Position numbers and translations under genes: made by a program. Under the pieces are notes generated by a model. That model was given only the letters and a program-made list of their open reading frames with translations. It had not been told where the DNA came from and did no database searches. A DNA stretch of 63,743 bases, counting the filler, from Thraustochytrium aureum (lineage: Eukaryota): assembly GCA_012862495.1 (NCBI GenBank). It is 8 parts of 6 records of this genome, joined end to end, with 100 filler letters (N's around TTAATTAATTAA, not from the genome) between each part and the next. Parts side by side here need not be neighbours in the genome. Positions count along the whole stretch, not along the records: positions 1 to 5,792 come from BLSG01000200.1; positions 5,893 to 19,726 come from BLSG01000200.1; 6 more parts are not named here. One strand, 5' to 3'. This document shows, piece by piece, positions 1-11,027 of the stretch (position 1 is its first letter; each line of letters begins with the position of its first letter).

Positions 1-2
1 GG

Positions 3-665
3 GTTCTAGAGCTGACGGATCGCCAGGGCAGCCCGCTCTGCGCGGTGGAGAAGTTTGTGCCGGGCTCGTACAAGAAGCACAACAACAACTACGGCTACGT
101 CAGCGAGGACGTCCGCAACACGCCGCAGGCCTTTTCGCACTTTACCTACGAAGCCTCGGCTCACACCATGTTGGTTGTGGACATCCAAGGCGTCGACGCC
201 TCGGCGTACTGCTCGTACACGGACCCGCAAATCCACACGCTCAACCAAGAGGAATTTGGCAAGGGCAACCTCGGGATTCGTGGCTTTCACAAGTTTCTCT
301 CCACCCACCAATGCAACGCGATTTGCCGATACCTCAAGCTGCCGCCGGTCAACCCGCGCTACACGATGGAGGGCACCATCCCCAACCTGCCCTTCATGCC
401 AGCAACCAAGATCAACCGCAGCCACTTCAAAGAGGGCCACTACTTTGAGGCTACACCTGCGCTTCGCAACCTCGTCAAGGCCAAGGCCAAGGCGCGCAGA
501 CGAAAGCGGCGCCAAGTGGCCGTGCGCGAGGCGTCGGGCGAGGAGGACACCCTCGAGGACGACGAGGGCGGCGAGGAGCACGACTCGTTCCTCCACTCGC
601 ACCTCTGGGACACTCGGGGCGATGCGGGCGGCATGTGCTCGTTCTGCCCCTGCACCATTTTGTGA
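3..665 (+). CDS. Alpha-kinase (eEF2K/myosin heavy chain kinase family), C-terminal part, 5'-truncated
   Basis: Frame is open from the window start. Alpha-kinase motifs present: YKKHNNN, PQAFSHFTY, LVVDIQGV, TDPQIHT, FGKGNLGIRG and HQCNAIC. Confidence 0.92.
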   Translation, partial: VLELTDRQGSPLCAVEKFVPGSYKKHNNNYGYVSEDVRNTPQAFSHFTYEASAHTMLVVDIQGVDASAYCSYTDPQIHTLNQEEFGKGNLGIRGFHKFLSTHQCNAICRYLKLPPVNPRYTMEGTIPNLPFMPATKINRSHFKEGHYFEATPALRNLVKAKAKARRRKRRQVAVREASGEEDTLEDDEGGEEHDSFLHSHLWDTRGDAGGMCSFCPCTIL

Positions 666-793
666 CGCGAGCCCCAGCCGCGGGGAGAGCTCGCTGCGCA
701 GTATCTGTTTTATTTCGTCTTGTCTACTTACATGCCATGCGGTGCGCGCGGGCTGTCGGCCCCCCGCGCCGCCTGTGGCGCCCTGCCGCCTTC

Positions 794-2083
794 TCACATC
801 AATTTCGGCCGCTCCTTTTCGGCCGGTACGTTTAGCAGAGTAAGACAATTCATTTGACGTCGATGTACGTAGGTAGACCTGCCTCCCGAGCTCGAGAAAG
901 GAGGGCCCTTCCCCCTGGCTTTGGCAGGGCGCCCATCAAGTCGCGGCGGCCGGCGCTGGCTGCAGCCCGATCGCGGCGGGCACCGAAACTCGACGCAATA
1001 CATTTTCTTCTTGGGCGCCACGTCTCGGACGCGGCGAACGACGACGCCAGCGGGGTCGATCGCGCCGGCCATGGCCGCCTCGGCGCGCGCGATGATGTCC
1101 GCCTTAAAGTCCTCCGCACCCGAAAAGCAGTAGCAGTGCACCAGCGGAAGAGCATTCAAAGGCTGGCCTTGCTGCGCGCAACCAGGCGGGCCGTCCGTCT
1201 TGGCTCGCTTTGCGGGCCCGGGGCTCTCGTCTGCGCCGCCCGCTGCCGAGGGCTCCTCGCCGTAGAGGTCGCGAGGAAACACGCCAACGAGCGCGTCCAG
1301 GAACTCTAGCGCGGTGGCGGGCAAGTTCATCACCACATGGTGCGCGACGAGACGGTCGTCGCGGAAGACCTTGCGCATGAACTCGCGCGCATCCAAATTC
1401 GACGCGGTGACCCTGCCTTCGACTTTGTTGAGGCGCACGTTGGCGACGAGCGCGGCATGGCTCTCTGGATTAAGGTCGCTCGCTACGACCCGGCAGCCTT
1501 TGAGTGCGGCGGGGATCACAAATGGGCCCACCCCGCAAAACCCGTCCACGACGACCTGGTCTGGGAGGAACTGGGAAACGACCCGCTGGTGCTCTTCCTG
1601 CAGGCGCGAGTTCCAGTACACCTTGGAAAAGTCAAAGCGAAAAATGGCGCCGTACTCGCGCACCTCGACAGTGAGCTTGTTCTCTCCTGCAATGACTTCC
1701 ATCGGGAATGTGCGGAACACGTTGTTGATCGTGCCGACCTTGTTCACGACGGTGCGCAGGGCCGGGTTCTTGTCCATCAGTACCTTGCCGACAAGTTTGC
1801 GGTAGGGGAGGCACTCGTCCCGCAGGTTGACGTGGGCCACGTGGCCCACCAGCTCGAACGAGCTGGGGATCTCTTGCACACTACTTGGCAAAAGCTGCCG
1901 GAGCACCTCTTCCGTGCTCAGGTCCTCGTACCCCGAGACCACCTGGATGCGTTTGGTGCCCACTTTGGCCGCCAAAAGGGCGTCGCGCACCGACCTGCCC
2001 TCCAGCGCCTTCAGCAAGGCCTCTTCGTCGGGAGCTACCGCAGGGTCGAACAGTATGGCTTTGCACCTGGGTGCTCGTCCACG
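794..2083 (-). CDS. TRM5: tRNA (guanine37-N1)-methyltransferase TRM5; 5' part in gap, probable frameshift near the C-terminus
   Basis: Met-10/TRM5 motifs: SFELVGHVAHVNLR, TVVNK, FRFDFSKVYWNSRL, DGFCGVGPF, DLNPES, HVVMNLP, HCYCFS, VRDVAPKKKMYC. Confidence 0.92.
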   Translation of the reverse strand, partial: RGRAPRCKAILFDPAVAPDEEALLKALEGRSVRDALLAAKVGTKRIQVVSGYEDLSTEEVLRQLLPSSVQEIPSSFELVGHVAHVNLRDECLPYRKLVGKVLMDKNPALRTVVNKVGTINNVFRTFPMEVIAGENKLTVEVREYGAIFRFDFSKVYWNSRLQEEHQRVVSQFLPDQVVVDGFCGVGPFVIPAALKGCRVVASDLNPESHAALVANVRLNKVEGRVTASNLDAREFMRKVFRDDRLVAHHVVMNLPATALEFLDALVGVFPRDLYGEEPSAAGGADESPGPAKRAKTDGPPGCAQQGQPLNALPLVHCYCFSGAEDFKADIIARAEAAMAGAIDPAGVVVRRVRDVAPKKKMYCVEFRCPPRSGCSQRRPPRLDGRPAKARGKGPPFSSSGGRSTYVHRRQMNCLTLLNVPAEKERPKLM

Positions 2084-2930
2084 NNNNNNNNNNNNNNNNN
2101 NNNNNNNNNNNNNNNNNNNNNNNNNNNNNNNNNNNNNNNNNNNNNNNNNNNNNNNNNNNNNNNNNNNNNNNNNNNNNNNNNNNNNNNNNNNNNNNNNNNN
2201 NNNNNNNNNNNNNNNNNNNNNNNNNNNNNNNNNNNNNNNNNNNNNNNNNNNNNNNNNNNNNNNNNNNNNNNNNNNNNNNNNNNNNNNNNNNNNNNNNNNN
2301 NNNNNNNNNNNNNNNNNNNNNNNNNNNNNNNNNNNNNNNNNNNNNNNNNNNNNNNNNNNNNNNNNNNNNNNNNNNNNNNNNNNNNNNNNNNNNNNNNNNN
2401 NNNNNNNNNNNNNNNNNNNNNNNNNNNNNNNNNNNNNNNNNNNNNNNNNNNNNNNNNNNNNNNNNNNNNNNNNNNNNNNNNNNNNNNNNNNNNNNNNNNN
2501 NNNNNNNNNNNNNNNNNNNNNNNNNNNNNNNNNNNNNNNNNNNNNNNNNNNNNNNNNNNNNNNNNNNNNNNNNNNNNNNNNNNNNNNNNNNNNNNNNNNN
2601 NNNNNNNNNNNNNNNNNNNNNNNNNNNNNNNNNNNNNNNNNNNNNNNNNNNNNNNNNNNNNNNNNNNNNNNNNNNNNNNNNNNNNNNNNNNNNNNNNNNN
2701 NNNNNNNNNNNNNNNNNNNNNNNNNNNNNNNNNNNNNNNNNNNNNNNNNNNNNNNNNNNNNNNNNNNNNNNNNNNNNNNNNNNNCCGACAGCCGTGCGAG
2801 CGGCTTCGGGGCGCGCACGGCGGTCACGCACGCAGCCAGGCAGGCAGGAGAGCCCACACGCGCTGAGTGTGCGACCAGGCCTGGGGCCCGAGCGCGGCCA
2901 CGTGGACGCGGGTCCTGCCCGTGCTGAAGG

Positions 2931-5087
2931 ATGAAGGTGCCTGGACGCTGGGCTGCTGTGGCGTGGGCCGCCGCAGCGTGGGGTCTGCTGGCTGCGGATG
3001 AGGCGCAGGCGGCAGCAGGCGCGGGGCGGCGGCTGGGGGAGTCAAACAGCGCCGGCGCGCCCGCGGGGGACGGCGCGGGCCTGAAACAGGCGCTGATGAG
3101 GTGCAACATGATGATGGAGCCGCTGCGCGAAGGCGCCAAGGAGCTCGAGGCCAAGCTCTCCGAGTGCGAGCAGACGCACGGGACCTGCCTTGGCGCGCTG
3201 ACGCAGGCGCGCAAGGACTTTTCCCACCTGAAGGAGTCGACGCATCTCGACGCAAACGAACTCGAGGACCTCCGCGCGCGGACCAAAATGGTCGAGGATG
3301 GGCTCTCCGACAAAGAGATGGATATCTACGCGCTCAAGAAGGACAAGCGCGCCATGGAGGCCAACGTGACGAGGCTGACCAAGCTTGGCCAGATGTTCCG
3401 GCAGGCGAACAAGGAGCTCAAGCATGACGTGGAGAACGCGCTCGCCCTGCTCGAGTACGAGAAGAGCGTCACGGAGGAGCTGAAGAACGAGGCCGCGACG
3501 CAAGCCTCCAAAATGGCCCAGCTCGAGCAGCGAATCGCGAGCCTGAGCAGCTCGGCGCTCAACCAGCAAGTCGAGGACCTCAAGCGCGGCAACGCCGACC
3601 TCGAGGGCTCTGTGGCGGCGCTAAAAAGCGAGGCAAGCGTGATGCAGGGGCAGCTTGAGGAGGCGCGGCAGGCTCTCGCAGCCAAGTCCGAGGAGCTCGG
3701 TACTCTGCGCGACGAGCACTCTGCGCTGCGCCGAGAGCACCAAGAGCTGGTCGAGACGCACGTCGCTCTTCAAATGGAAAAGCAGAGCCTGAGCGAGGCG
3801 CATGCGGATGCGACGAGCAAGCTGGCCAGCGCTTCCGCAGAGGTGGAGCGGGTCAAGCTGGAGCTTGCGGAGATTGACTCGGAGAAGCACCAAGTCGAGA
3901 GCCGCGCCGAAGAGCTTGACCGGAGGCAGCGCGCCGCGGCAGAGGAGAGCGAGCGGCTCATGGCGCGCCTCGAAGAGTACAAGAGCAAGGTGGACGACCC
4001 CGCGCTGGTCGAGTACTTTGTGAAAAAGGCAGAGTGGCTCAAGCACCCGCACGTCGAGGGCATGGACTCTGCCTACGAGAAGGCCAACAAGCTGCTCGGC
4101 GACAAGCTGGAGCCCACGCACCTGGCCCTGATTGAGATGCAGGCCTTGCTCAACGACTCGGAGGAGCGCCTCATGCGGATCGTGGGCGACTCCAAGTACT
4201 CGCCGCTCGTGAGCGGCCTGCTCACCTATGGCATCCTCTTGGTTCCGCTGGGCATCACCCTGGGCCTCTTGGTCCGCCTCAAGCGGTGCATTTCGCTCAC
4301 CAAGGCGGCGATGCTTGCCACGCTCTACAACGCGGCGTTTTCGGTCACGCTTTTCGCTGCCTCCTTTGTGGTCGAGTCGAACGAGCCTCTCGCGGCGTTT
4401 CGGGCCCACAACGAGGAGGCGTTCGAGTTCCTCCAGATCGTCATCCCGGTCTACTACTGCATCTACCTCTGCTTGCAGCTCCTTGTGGCGCTAAAGTTTG
4501 CCCTGATCCTCCGCTGCAAGTGCTCGGCGCGGGTCGGCTTGATGATCTCGCTGCCGTTCGGCGTCATGTACCACTATTACCTCGCGGTGTGGCTGCCTTC
4601 GATGCGCGACCAGGACCCGCACGCGTCCCGGGAGATTTGGGCCGCCTACGCTGGCGTCTTCACCCTGCTGTTTCTCATGATCACCTGCTTTGCTCCGCAG
4701 GGCCCAGTTTCGCGCAAGCGGGCAGGCTCCTCGGCCGGTGTTGGGTCCGATGCGGCCCCGTCGGGCGCTGCTGTGGATCCCAGGCCTCGTCACCGCCACG
4801 GCCACCTCGTCGAAAAGGCGATGGACGCTCAGGAGGACGCCGCCTCAACTGTCATAAACGTGAGCGCCGATGTGCGAAGCCCGGAGGAGCTCCTGAACAG
4901 CGCCGTGGAGACTGCAGAGATGGTCAGGGAGCGCGCAGGCGAGTTTGCCGAGGCGCTTGCCCTGTCAGACGCAACAAACAAGAAGAAGCGCTCGTCTTCG
5001 AAGCGCGCGAAGAAGACCAAGCCGCGCAAGCAGGCGGCTAGCCCCGACAGCGACTCGGAGAACCCCGCCGACAGCAAGGTGGACTAG
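2931..5087 (+). CDS. Uncharacterised protein: signal peptide, long coiled coil, multi-pass membrane C-terminal region
   Basis: Intact 718-aa ORF with host-like codon usage. Hydrophobic N-terminus, heptad-rich E/K/L region, several hydrophobic helices and a basic tail. Confidence 0.75.
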   Translation: MKVPGRWAAVAWAAAAWGLLAADEAQAAAGAGRRLGESNSAGAPAGDGAGLKQALMRCNMMMEPLREGAKELEAKLSECEQTHGTCLGALTQARKDFSHLKESTHLDANELEDLRARTKMVEDGLSDKEMDIYALKKDKRAMEANVTRLTKLGQMFRQANKELKHDVENALALLEYEKSVTEELKNEAATQASKMAQLEQRIASLSSSALNQQVEDLKRGNADLEGSVAALKSEASVMQGQLEEARQALAAKSEELGTLRDEHSALRREHQELVETHVALQMEKQSLSEAHADATSKLASASAEVERVKLELAEIDSEKHQVESRAEELDRRQRAAAEESERLMARLEEYKSKVDDPALVEYFVKKAEWLKHPHVEGMDSAYEKANKLLGDKLEPTHLALIEMQALLNDSEERLMRIVGDSKYSPLVSGLLTYGILLVPLGITLGLLVRLKRCISLTKAAMLATLYNAAFSVTLFAASFVVESNEPLAAFRAHNEEAFEFLQIVIPVYYCIYLCLQLLVALKFALILRCKCSARVGLMISLPFGVMYHYYLAVWLPSMRDQDPHASREIWAAYAGVFTLLFLMITCFAPQGPVSRKRAGSSAGVGSDAAPSGAAVDPRPRHRHGHLVEKAMDAQEDAASTVINVSADVRSPEELLNSAVETAEMVRERAGEFAEALALSDATNKKKRSSSKRAKKTKPRKQAASPDSDSENPADSKVD

Positions 5088-5677
5088 CTGACGCTTGTCG
5101 TGCAAGCAGGCGGCCAGCCCCGGAGCGACTCGGAGGACCCGCCGAGAGCAGGCTGGTCTCTCTACTCTGGAGCTACTAGGGAGAGCTCTAAAGGGAGCAG
5201 CGCCCGGCTCAATAAGGGTGGGTTGCCTGCTTGGGCGCAAGCGGAGGGAAATGGTACTGGCCGAAACGGAATGGTGTGATGATTTTTTTGTGTCGCTTGC
5301 TCTGACCAGCCCCGGCAGCGGGCTTGCGCGGCTCTTCTGACCACAGACTGTGCTTGAACGCCCGTCGGCCGGCAAGCGAGCCGGTTTGGACGACCCTTCG
5401 CGCAGCGCCGGAGACGCGAGACGCGAGCAGAGGCTCGCTCCACTCTGGCTTCACTCCACTCTGGCTTCTTAGGTTCTCTCTCGAGCTAGCTAGTTGGGCA
5501 GAGCAGAGCGCCTGCGCGGCAAAAAGTATGCGCAGCAAAGTCCGCACCAGCCGCGCAGCCCGACAGGCCAGGCGCGTCGGCAGCGCCAGACCCGCTCTTC
5601 GCCACCCGCCCGGCCGCAAACAGTTGTCCTCCCTGCCGACTGCCCGGCACGGCTCGGCTCCACAATCTCGCTACGCC

Positions 5678-5791
5678 TTAGTGCTGGTGCTGCTTCGACA
5701 TGCGCCCCATAACAAACATCGACGTGTCAAGGTACCGCTCCGCGCAGTTGGCGATGCAGGTCTGCTCCGAGCTGCTGAGGCTGGCCTCGGG
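5678..5791 (-). CDS. TIM8: Small Tim chaperone (Tim8-like), C-terminal half; remainder lies off the scaffold end
   Basis: Manual translation PEASLSSSEQTCIANCAERYLDTSMFVMGRMSKQHQH* contains the second CX3C motif and the RYLDTS signature. Not in the ORF track. Confidence 0.8.
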   Translation of the reverse strand, partial: PEASLSSSEQTCIANCAERYLDTSMFVMGRMSKQHQH

Positions 5792-5836
5792 GNNNNNNNN
5801 NNNNNNNNNNNNNNNNNNNNNNNNNNNNNNNNNNNN

Positions 5837-5848
5837 TTAATTAATTAA
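5837..5848. other. Artificial scaffold linker TTAATTAATTAA (also at 19771, 31760, 37492, 49858, 57569, 62445)
   Basis: Identical 12-mer giving stops in all six frames, flanked by N runs on both sides, seven times. Confidence 0.97.
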
Positions 5849-6246
5849 NNNNNNNNNNNNNNNNNNNNNNNNNNNNNNNNNNNNNNNNNNNNGATGCACC
5901 GCATCGTCCACGCACAACAAATCAGTTGCGAATCAATTGTGACAAACAGTGTCACCCAACTTGTGCATCCACGCGCCTTCTGCGTTGGGTGCAACCGCAG
6001 CGCGCCCAGCAGCCCTGGCGCCGCCCCATCGACCCCAAAACAGCGAGCGACGACCGCGCAGGCGGCCAGCAGGCGGCCGGCCACGGCCACCAGGTGGGCT
6101 CGCTGGGCGGTGCACAAGGGGCTCCATCCCCAACTCGCTGAATCTCTGCGGCCTTCCTCCCGAGGGTCCCTCGAGGCCCGCGCGGCTCGCCCAAATCCAC
6201 GCGCGCCTCCAGAGCAACCTTCGAGGCTCGAGTAGCTCTGTCGCTG

Positions 6247-6394
6247 GGGCGCGGCTGCTCCGTGAGGGTTTTTCGAGTATACAATGTGTTCGTGCGCGGA
6301 ATGTGCGCGAGGCTGCTCCGTGAGGGTATTTCGAGTAGACGATGTGTCTGTGCGGAATGGGGCGCGGCTTCTCCGTGAGGGTATTTTCGAGGAG
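6247..6394 (+). repeat. Minisatellite, about 55-60 bp unit, about 2.6 copies, running into a gap
   Basis: GGCT(G/T)CTCCGTGAGGGT(A/T)TTT(T)CGAG recurs three times, with similar intervening sequence (ATGTGT..TGCG..GAATG). Confidence 0.8.
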
Positions 6395-6473
6395 NNNNNN
6401 NNNNNNNNNNNNNNNNNNNNNNNNNNNNNNNNNNNNNNNNNNNNNNNNNNNNNNNNNNNNNNNNNNNNNNNNN

Positions 6474-8269
6474 AGCCGTCGAAGAGGGACAGGATTAACC
6501 ACCTGCTCAACTCGGAGGCAGAGTCCACCGGCGAGACCTCCGTGTCGGGGAAAGCGGCGAGGCGCGGGCGGCGCAAGCCAGAGACAAAGCTGTTGCTGCT
6601 TGGCACGGGCAACTCTGGCAAGAGCACCGTGTTCAAGCAGTTCCAGCTGGTGCACCGGAACGGGTTCTCGGACGCCGAGCGGTCCTACTACAAAAAGCTC
6701 ATGGTGCAGAGCACAATCTCGACCATCCGCAAACTGCTACAAAACGCAAACGACCTCTTGTTCGAGGGCGAGATGAAAGACGGCGACCTGGATGAGACCG
6801 GCATCAAGGTCATGATGAAGAACGCCAACCTCGATCCCGTCGCCGACGACTCGGAGCGCGTGCTCTTCTCGCAAGCCATCGACCTCGGAAAGGCCGCCGC
6901 GTCCACCGGCGGGGGCGGCGTCAGCGAGAAAGCGCGCCCCTCCGACCTGTCAGAAGTTAGCCACGGCAGGCGGAGGACGGACCTGTCCGAGTTCAAGGGC
7001 GCGGGAGGCGAGAGCACCGCAATCCCGGGCGACGAGANNNNNNNNNNNNNNNNNNNNNNNNNNNNNNNNNNNNNNNNNNNNNNNNNNNNNNNNNNNNNNN
7101 NNNNNNNNNNNNNNNNNNNNNNNNNNNNNNNNNNNNNNNNNNNNNNNNNNNNNNNNNNNNNNNNNNNNNNNNNNNNNNNNNNNNNNNNNNNNNNNNNNNN
7201 NNNNNNNNNNNNNNNNNNNNNNNNNNNNNNNNNNNNNNNNNNNNNNNNNNNNNNNNNNNNNNNNNNNNNNNNNNNNNNNNNNNNNNNNNNNACACGCGCC
7301 TTAACGGCAGGGCCGGCGAACCGGACAGCCCTCGCGCGCGCAAGCTGCTGGACGACAAGCGCCGCCAGCACCGCTTTGGGGGCTCGACCATTATCGCCGA
7401 GGACGTGGCTCACCTTGCGGACATCGTGAAGGCGCTGCCCGAGGGCACGCAGCTCTACGAAAAGTTTCCCATCACGGTGCACCGCGTGTCGGCCTCGGGC
7501 GTGGAGGAGGAGGAGGTGTGCGAGTTTGCCGTCGCGGAGATGCTCAAGCTCATCTGGGCCGACCCCGTAATCCAGCGCGTGTACAGCATGGAGGGCAAGA
7601 TGCCGTCCCTGGAGGCGCCGATCGCCTACTACATGACGCACATCGACCGCATCGCCGAGCTCGACTTTGTGCCCACGGAGGAGGACATCCTGCACAGCCG
7701 CAAGCAGACGCGGACCGTGCAGGAGCTCAGCTTCAAGCTCAACGACCGCAGCTTTCTCCTCATCGACGTCGGCGGGCAGCGCATCGAGCGCCGCAAGTGG
7801 GTCACCTACTTTGAGTCGGTCGACGCCGTGCTCTTCGTCGTCGGCCTCGACGGCTACAACCAGCTCTGCTTGGAGGACGGCAAGACGAACCGGCTGCGCG
7901 AGGCGCTCACGCTTTTCAAGGAGATCTGCGACTCGCCGTACTTTACCTCGACCAACTTCCTCCTCTTCCTCAACAAGTGCGACATCTTCAAGGAGAAAAT
8001 CCAAAAAAGTCCCGCTCAGCGTCTGCTTCCGCAGCTACACGGGGCCCCAGCACGACTACGACCAGAGCATCGCCTACATTCAAAAGCGCTTCCTCGACAC
8101 CCACGCGCGGCACGTTCAGCGCCACGTCGCGGTCGACATGCTTGCCCCCAAGGTCTACCCGACGACGACTTGCGCGACCTCGACGGAGGGCATGAAGTTT
8201 GTGATCGCGAGTTGCCAGTCCATTTTTCTGCGCAAGGGGCTTGCGCAGTGCGGTATTGCGGCAATGTAA
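6474..8269 (+). CDS. Heterotrimeric G protein alpha subunit (gapped, with frameshifts)
   Basis: G1 KLLLLGTGNSGKST, DILHSRKQT, G3 DVGGQRIERRKW, G4 NKCD. G5 TCAT lies in the alternate frame after the AAAAAA run at about 8003. Confidence 0.9.
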
Positions 8270-8733
8270 GGCCGGGCTGGCTCAGCTACGACCTGCTCCT
8301 CCGCCCGGACCTCGGTAGGTGGCGCGCGACCGGCAGGGGCCCGTTTTGGGTGGGACGGGTTCGTCGTTGGCGCTGCCTCCTGCATCTCTCCGTGTCTTGT
8401 TGAACGCGCGCCTGTCGGGACGGCCGATTGGCAGCGTCGTTCGGAAAGGGGAAGGGCCGTGCGTGTTTCTGAGCCGTGTGACTCTTTGGTTTGTGTTTGT
8501 GTTTTCTTGGGCCATAATGAAAAGGGAAGAATCCATTGGCGTTGTTGCTTGGCTCCTTTGCAGACTACCACGGGTGAGTACTGTATTCTGAATTCTGGCT
8601 CTCTCCCTCCGGCGAGGCTGTCCTCCTCGTCATCAACTCAAGTCGCCAGGCCCCTCTCTGCCGGTGCGGCGCAGGCGGTAGCTGGCGGTAGCTGGCGGTA
8701 GCTGGCGGCAGCGCGCACAGGCTCTGCAAGTCC

Positions 8734-10100
8734 TTACGGCGTGAGCCGCTGCGGGTCGCGCACGAAAAAGCAGGCCTGGCGGATGTTCGGGAGCCCGAGG
8801 AAGAGCATCACAACGCGCTCGAGGCCGATACCGCCGCCGCCGTGTGGCAAGGCGCCATCCTTGAAGGCGTTGATGTAGAACGCCAGGCTCTCGACCGGGA
8901 TCTCTTTCTTCGCGATCGCTGCGCTGAGCATGTCCGGGTCGTGAACGCGCTGGGCGCCAGACAGGATCTCCTGGCCCCGGATGAAAAAGTCGTAGCTGTT
9001 GCTGTACGCGGGGTTCTCCGGGTCGGGCATGGTGTAAAACGGGCGAAACTCGGCAGGGAACTTGTCCAGCATGTACCAATCCACGCCGTACTTGGCCTTG
9101 ACGAGCGCGCCGAGGCGCTTCTCCACTGGCGTCGACATGTCCTCCAGGTCGCCCTGCTCCTCTACGCTGACGCCGTCGGCGCGGAGCATGGCGATCGCTT
9201 CGCGGAATTCCAGCAACAGCGTGTTGCCCTTGTTCCCAACCGTCTTGATGCCCTTGAGGTCGGCGCTCGGGCGGTACACCAGGGGCTCTGCGTGGTGGTA
9301 TTCGCGAATAAGGGCAATCTCTTTGGCATAGTGCTCGTTCAGCCCGTCAAAGATGTGGAAAAACAAGTCACTAAACATGTCCAGGACCTCGTGGTAGTGC
9401 TCGTTGAAGGACATCTCCACGTCAAGTCCGTGGAACTCGCAGAGGTGGCGGTTCGTGTTGCTGTTCTCGGCGCGGAACACGGGCCCGATCTCAAACACGC
9501 GCTCCAAGCCAGAGCAAGCCGCGCAGATCTGCTTGTGCAGCTGCGGGCTCTGCGCCAGGCAGGCCGGGGCCCCAAAGTAGTCGGTCATGAACACCTCCGA
9601 GCCGCCCTCGCTTTGCCCGCCCAGCAGTTTGGGGGTCTGGATCTCGATAAACCCGTTGCTGTTGAGAAAATCGCGGAACAAGTGGCACACTCCGCTCGAG
9701 ACGCGCATCACGGCCGCCTGGAACGGGGTGCGCAACGACAGGTGCCGGTAGTTGAGCTTGAGGTCCTGGCCCACCATCACGGGCCCAACCGCGTCCTCCG
9801 ACTCCTCGGCCTTCTTCTTCATCTCCTCCAGCTGCGCCTCTGTGCGGCCGCAGTCGGTGACCTGGAAGGCGAGCGCGTTTGAGGCGCGGTTCACCACAAA
9901 CACCTTGCTCACCTGGATCTCAACGTCGCTCTGCGTAGGTTGGTCGGCGAGGGCGTTTTCACGAGAACGCCCTCCACGTCCACGACCGATTCGGCGGTCA
10001 GTCCGCTGCACCACTTGACCATCTCGGCCTCGGAGGCGACGCACTGCACGGTGGCGAACGACTGGCGCACGACGAGGAAAGCGGCCCGGCGTTGTGCTCG
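8734..10100 (-). CDS. DARS: Cytosolic aspartyl-tRNA synthetase (5' part in gap, frameshift near 9960)
   Basis: LAQSPQLHKQ, VFEIGPVFRAENSNTNRHLCEF, RPFYTMPDP, EILSGAQRVHD, PHGGGGIGLER and FVRDPQRLTP. The anticodon-domain segment FLVVRQSFATVQ is in the adjacent frame. Confidence 0.95.
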
Positions 10101-11027
10101 NNNNNNNNNNNNNNNNNNNNNNNNNNNNNNNNNNNNNNNNNNNNNNNNNNNNNNNNNNNNNNNNNNNNNNNNNNNNNNNNNNNNNNNNNNNNNNNNNNNN
10201 NNNNNNNNNNNNNNNNNNNNNNNNNNNNNNNNNNNNNNNNNNNNNNNNNNNNNNNNNNNNNNNNNNNNNNNNNNNNNNNNNNNNNNNNNNNNNNNNNNNN
10301 NNNNNNNNNNNNNNNNNNNNNNNNNNNNNNNNNNNNNNNNNNNNNNNNNNNNNNNNNNNNNNNNNNNNNNNNNNNNNNNNNNNNNNNNNNNNNNNNNNNN
10401 NNNNNNNNNNNNNNNNNNNNNNNNNNNNNNNNNNNNNNNNNNNNNNNNNNNNNNNNNNNNNNNNNNNNNNNNNNNNNNNNNNNNNNNNNNNNNNNNNNNN
10501 NNNNNNNNNNNNNNNNNNNNNNNNNNNNNNNNNNNNNNNNNNNNNNNNNNNNNNNNNNNNNNNNNNNNNNNNNNNNNNNNNNNNNNNNNNNNNNNNNNNN
10601 NNNNNNNNNNNNNNNNNNNNNNNNNNNNNNNNNNNNNNNNNNNNNNNNNNNNNNNNNNNNNNNNNNNNNNNNNNNNNNNNNNNNNNNNNNNNNNNNNNNN
10701 NNNNNNNNNNNNNNNNNNNNNNNNNNNNNNNNNNNNNNNNNNNNNNNNNNNNNNNNNNNNNNNNNNNNNNNNNNNNNNNNNNNNNNNNNNNNNCGTCAAG
10801 CAAGCTCGACGTTTCCAAGTGGAATCACTCCAGCAGAGAAGACGAGGCCGACGTTTAATTAATACTCCGGCAGAGAGCGCCCGGCCTCTTTTCGTTTGAT
10901 CGAGTGACGGCAACGCACGAAGCGGGGAACGCGGATCACGCGACGGCGTCCGCGACGCTGCGGACCAGGCCCACGGCTGTTGAGTCGAGTCTGCCAGCGC
11001 GGCGGTCCGGAGGGTGCGGCGCAAGCC

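Noticed and set aside
6247..6394. CRISPR-like array of three ~28-bp repeats
   Set aside because: The intervening segments resemble each other, so it is a tandem minisatellite. The context is eukaryotic with no cas genes.
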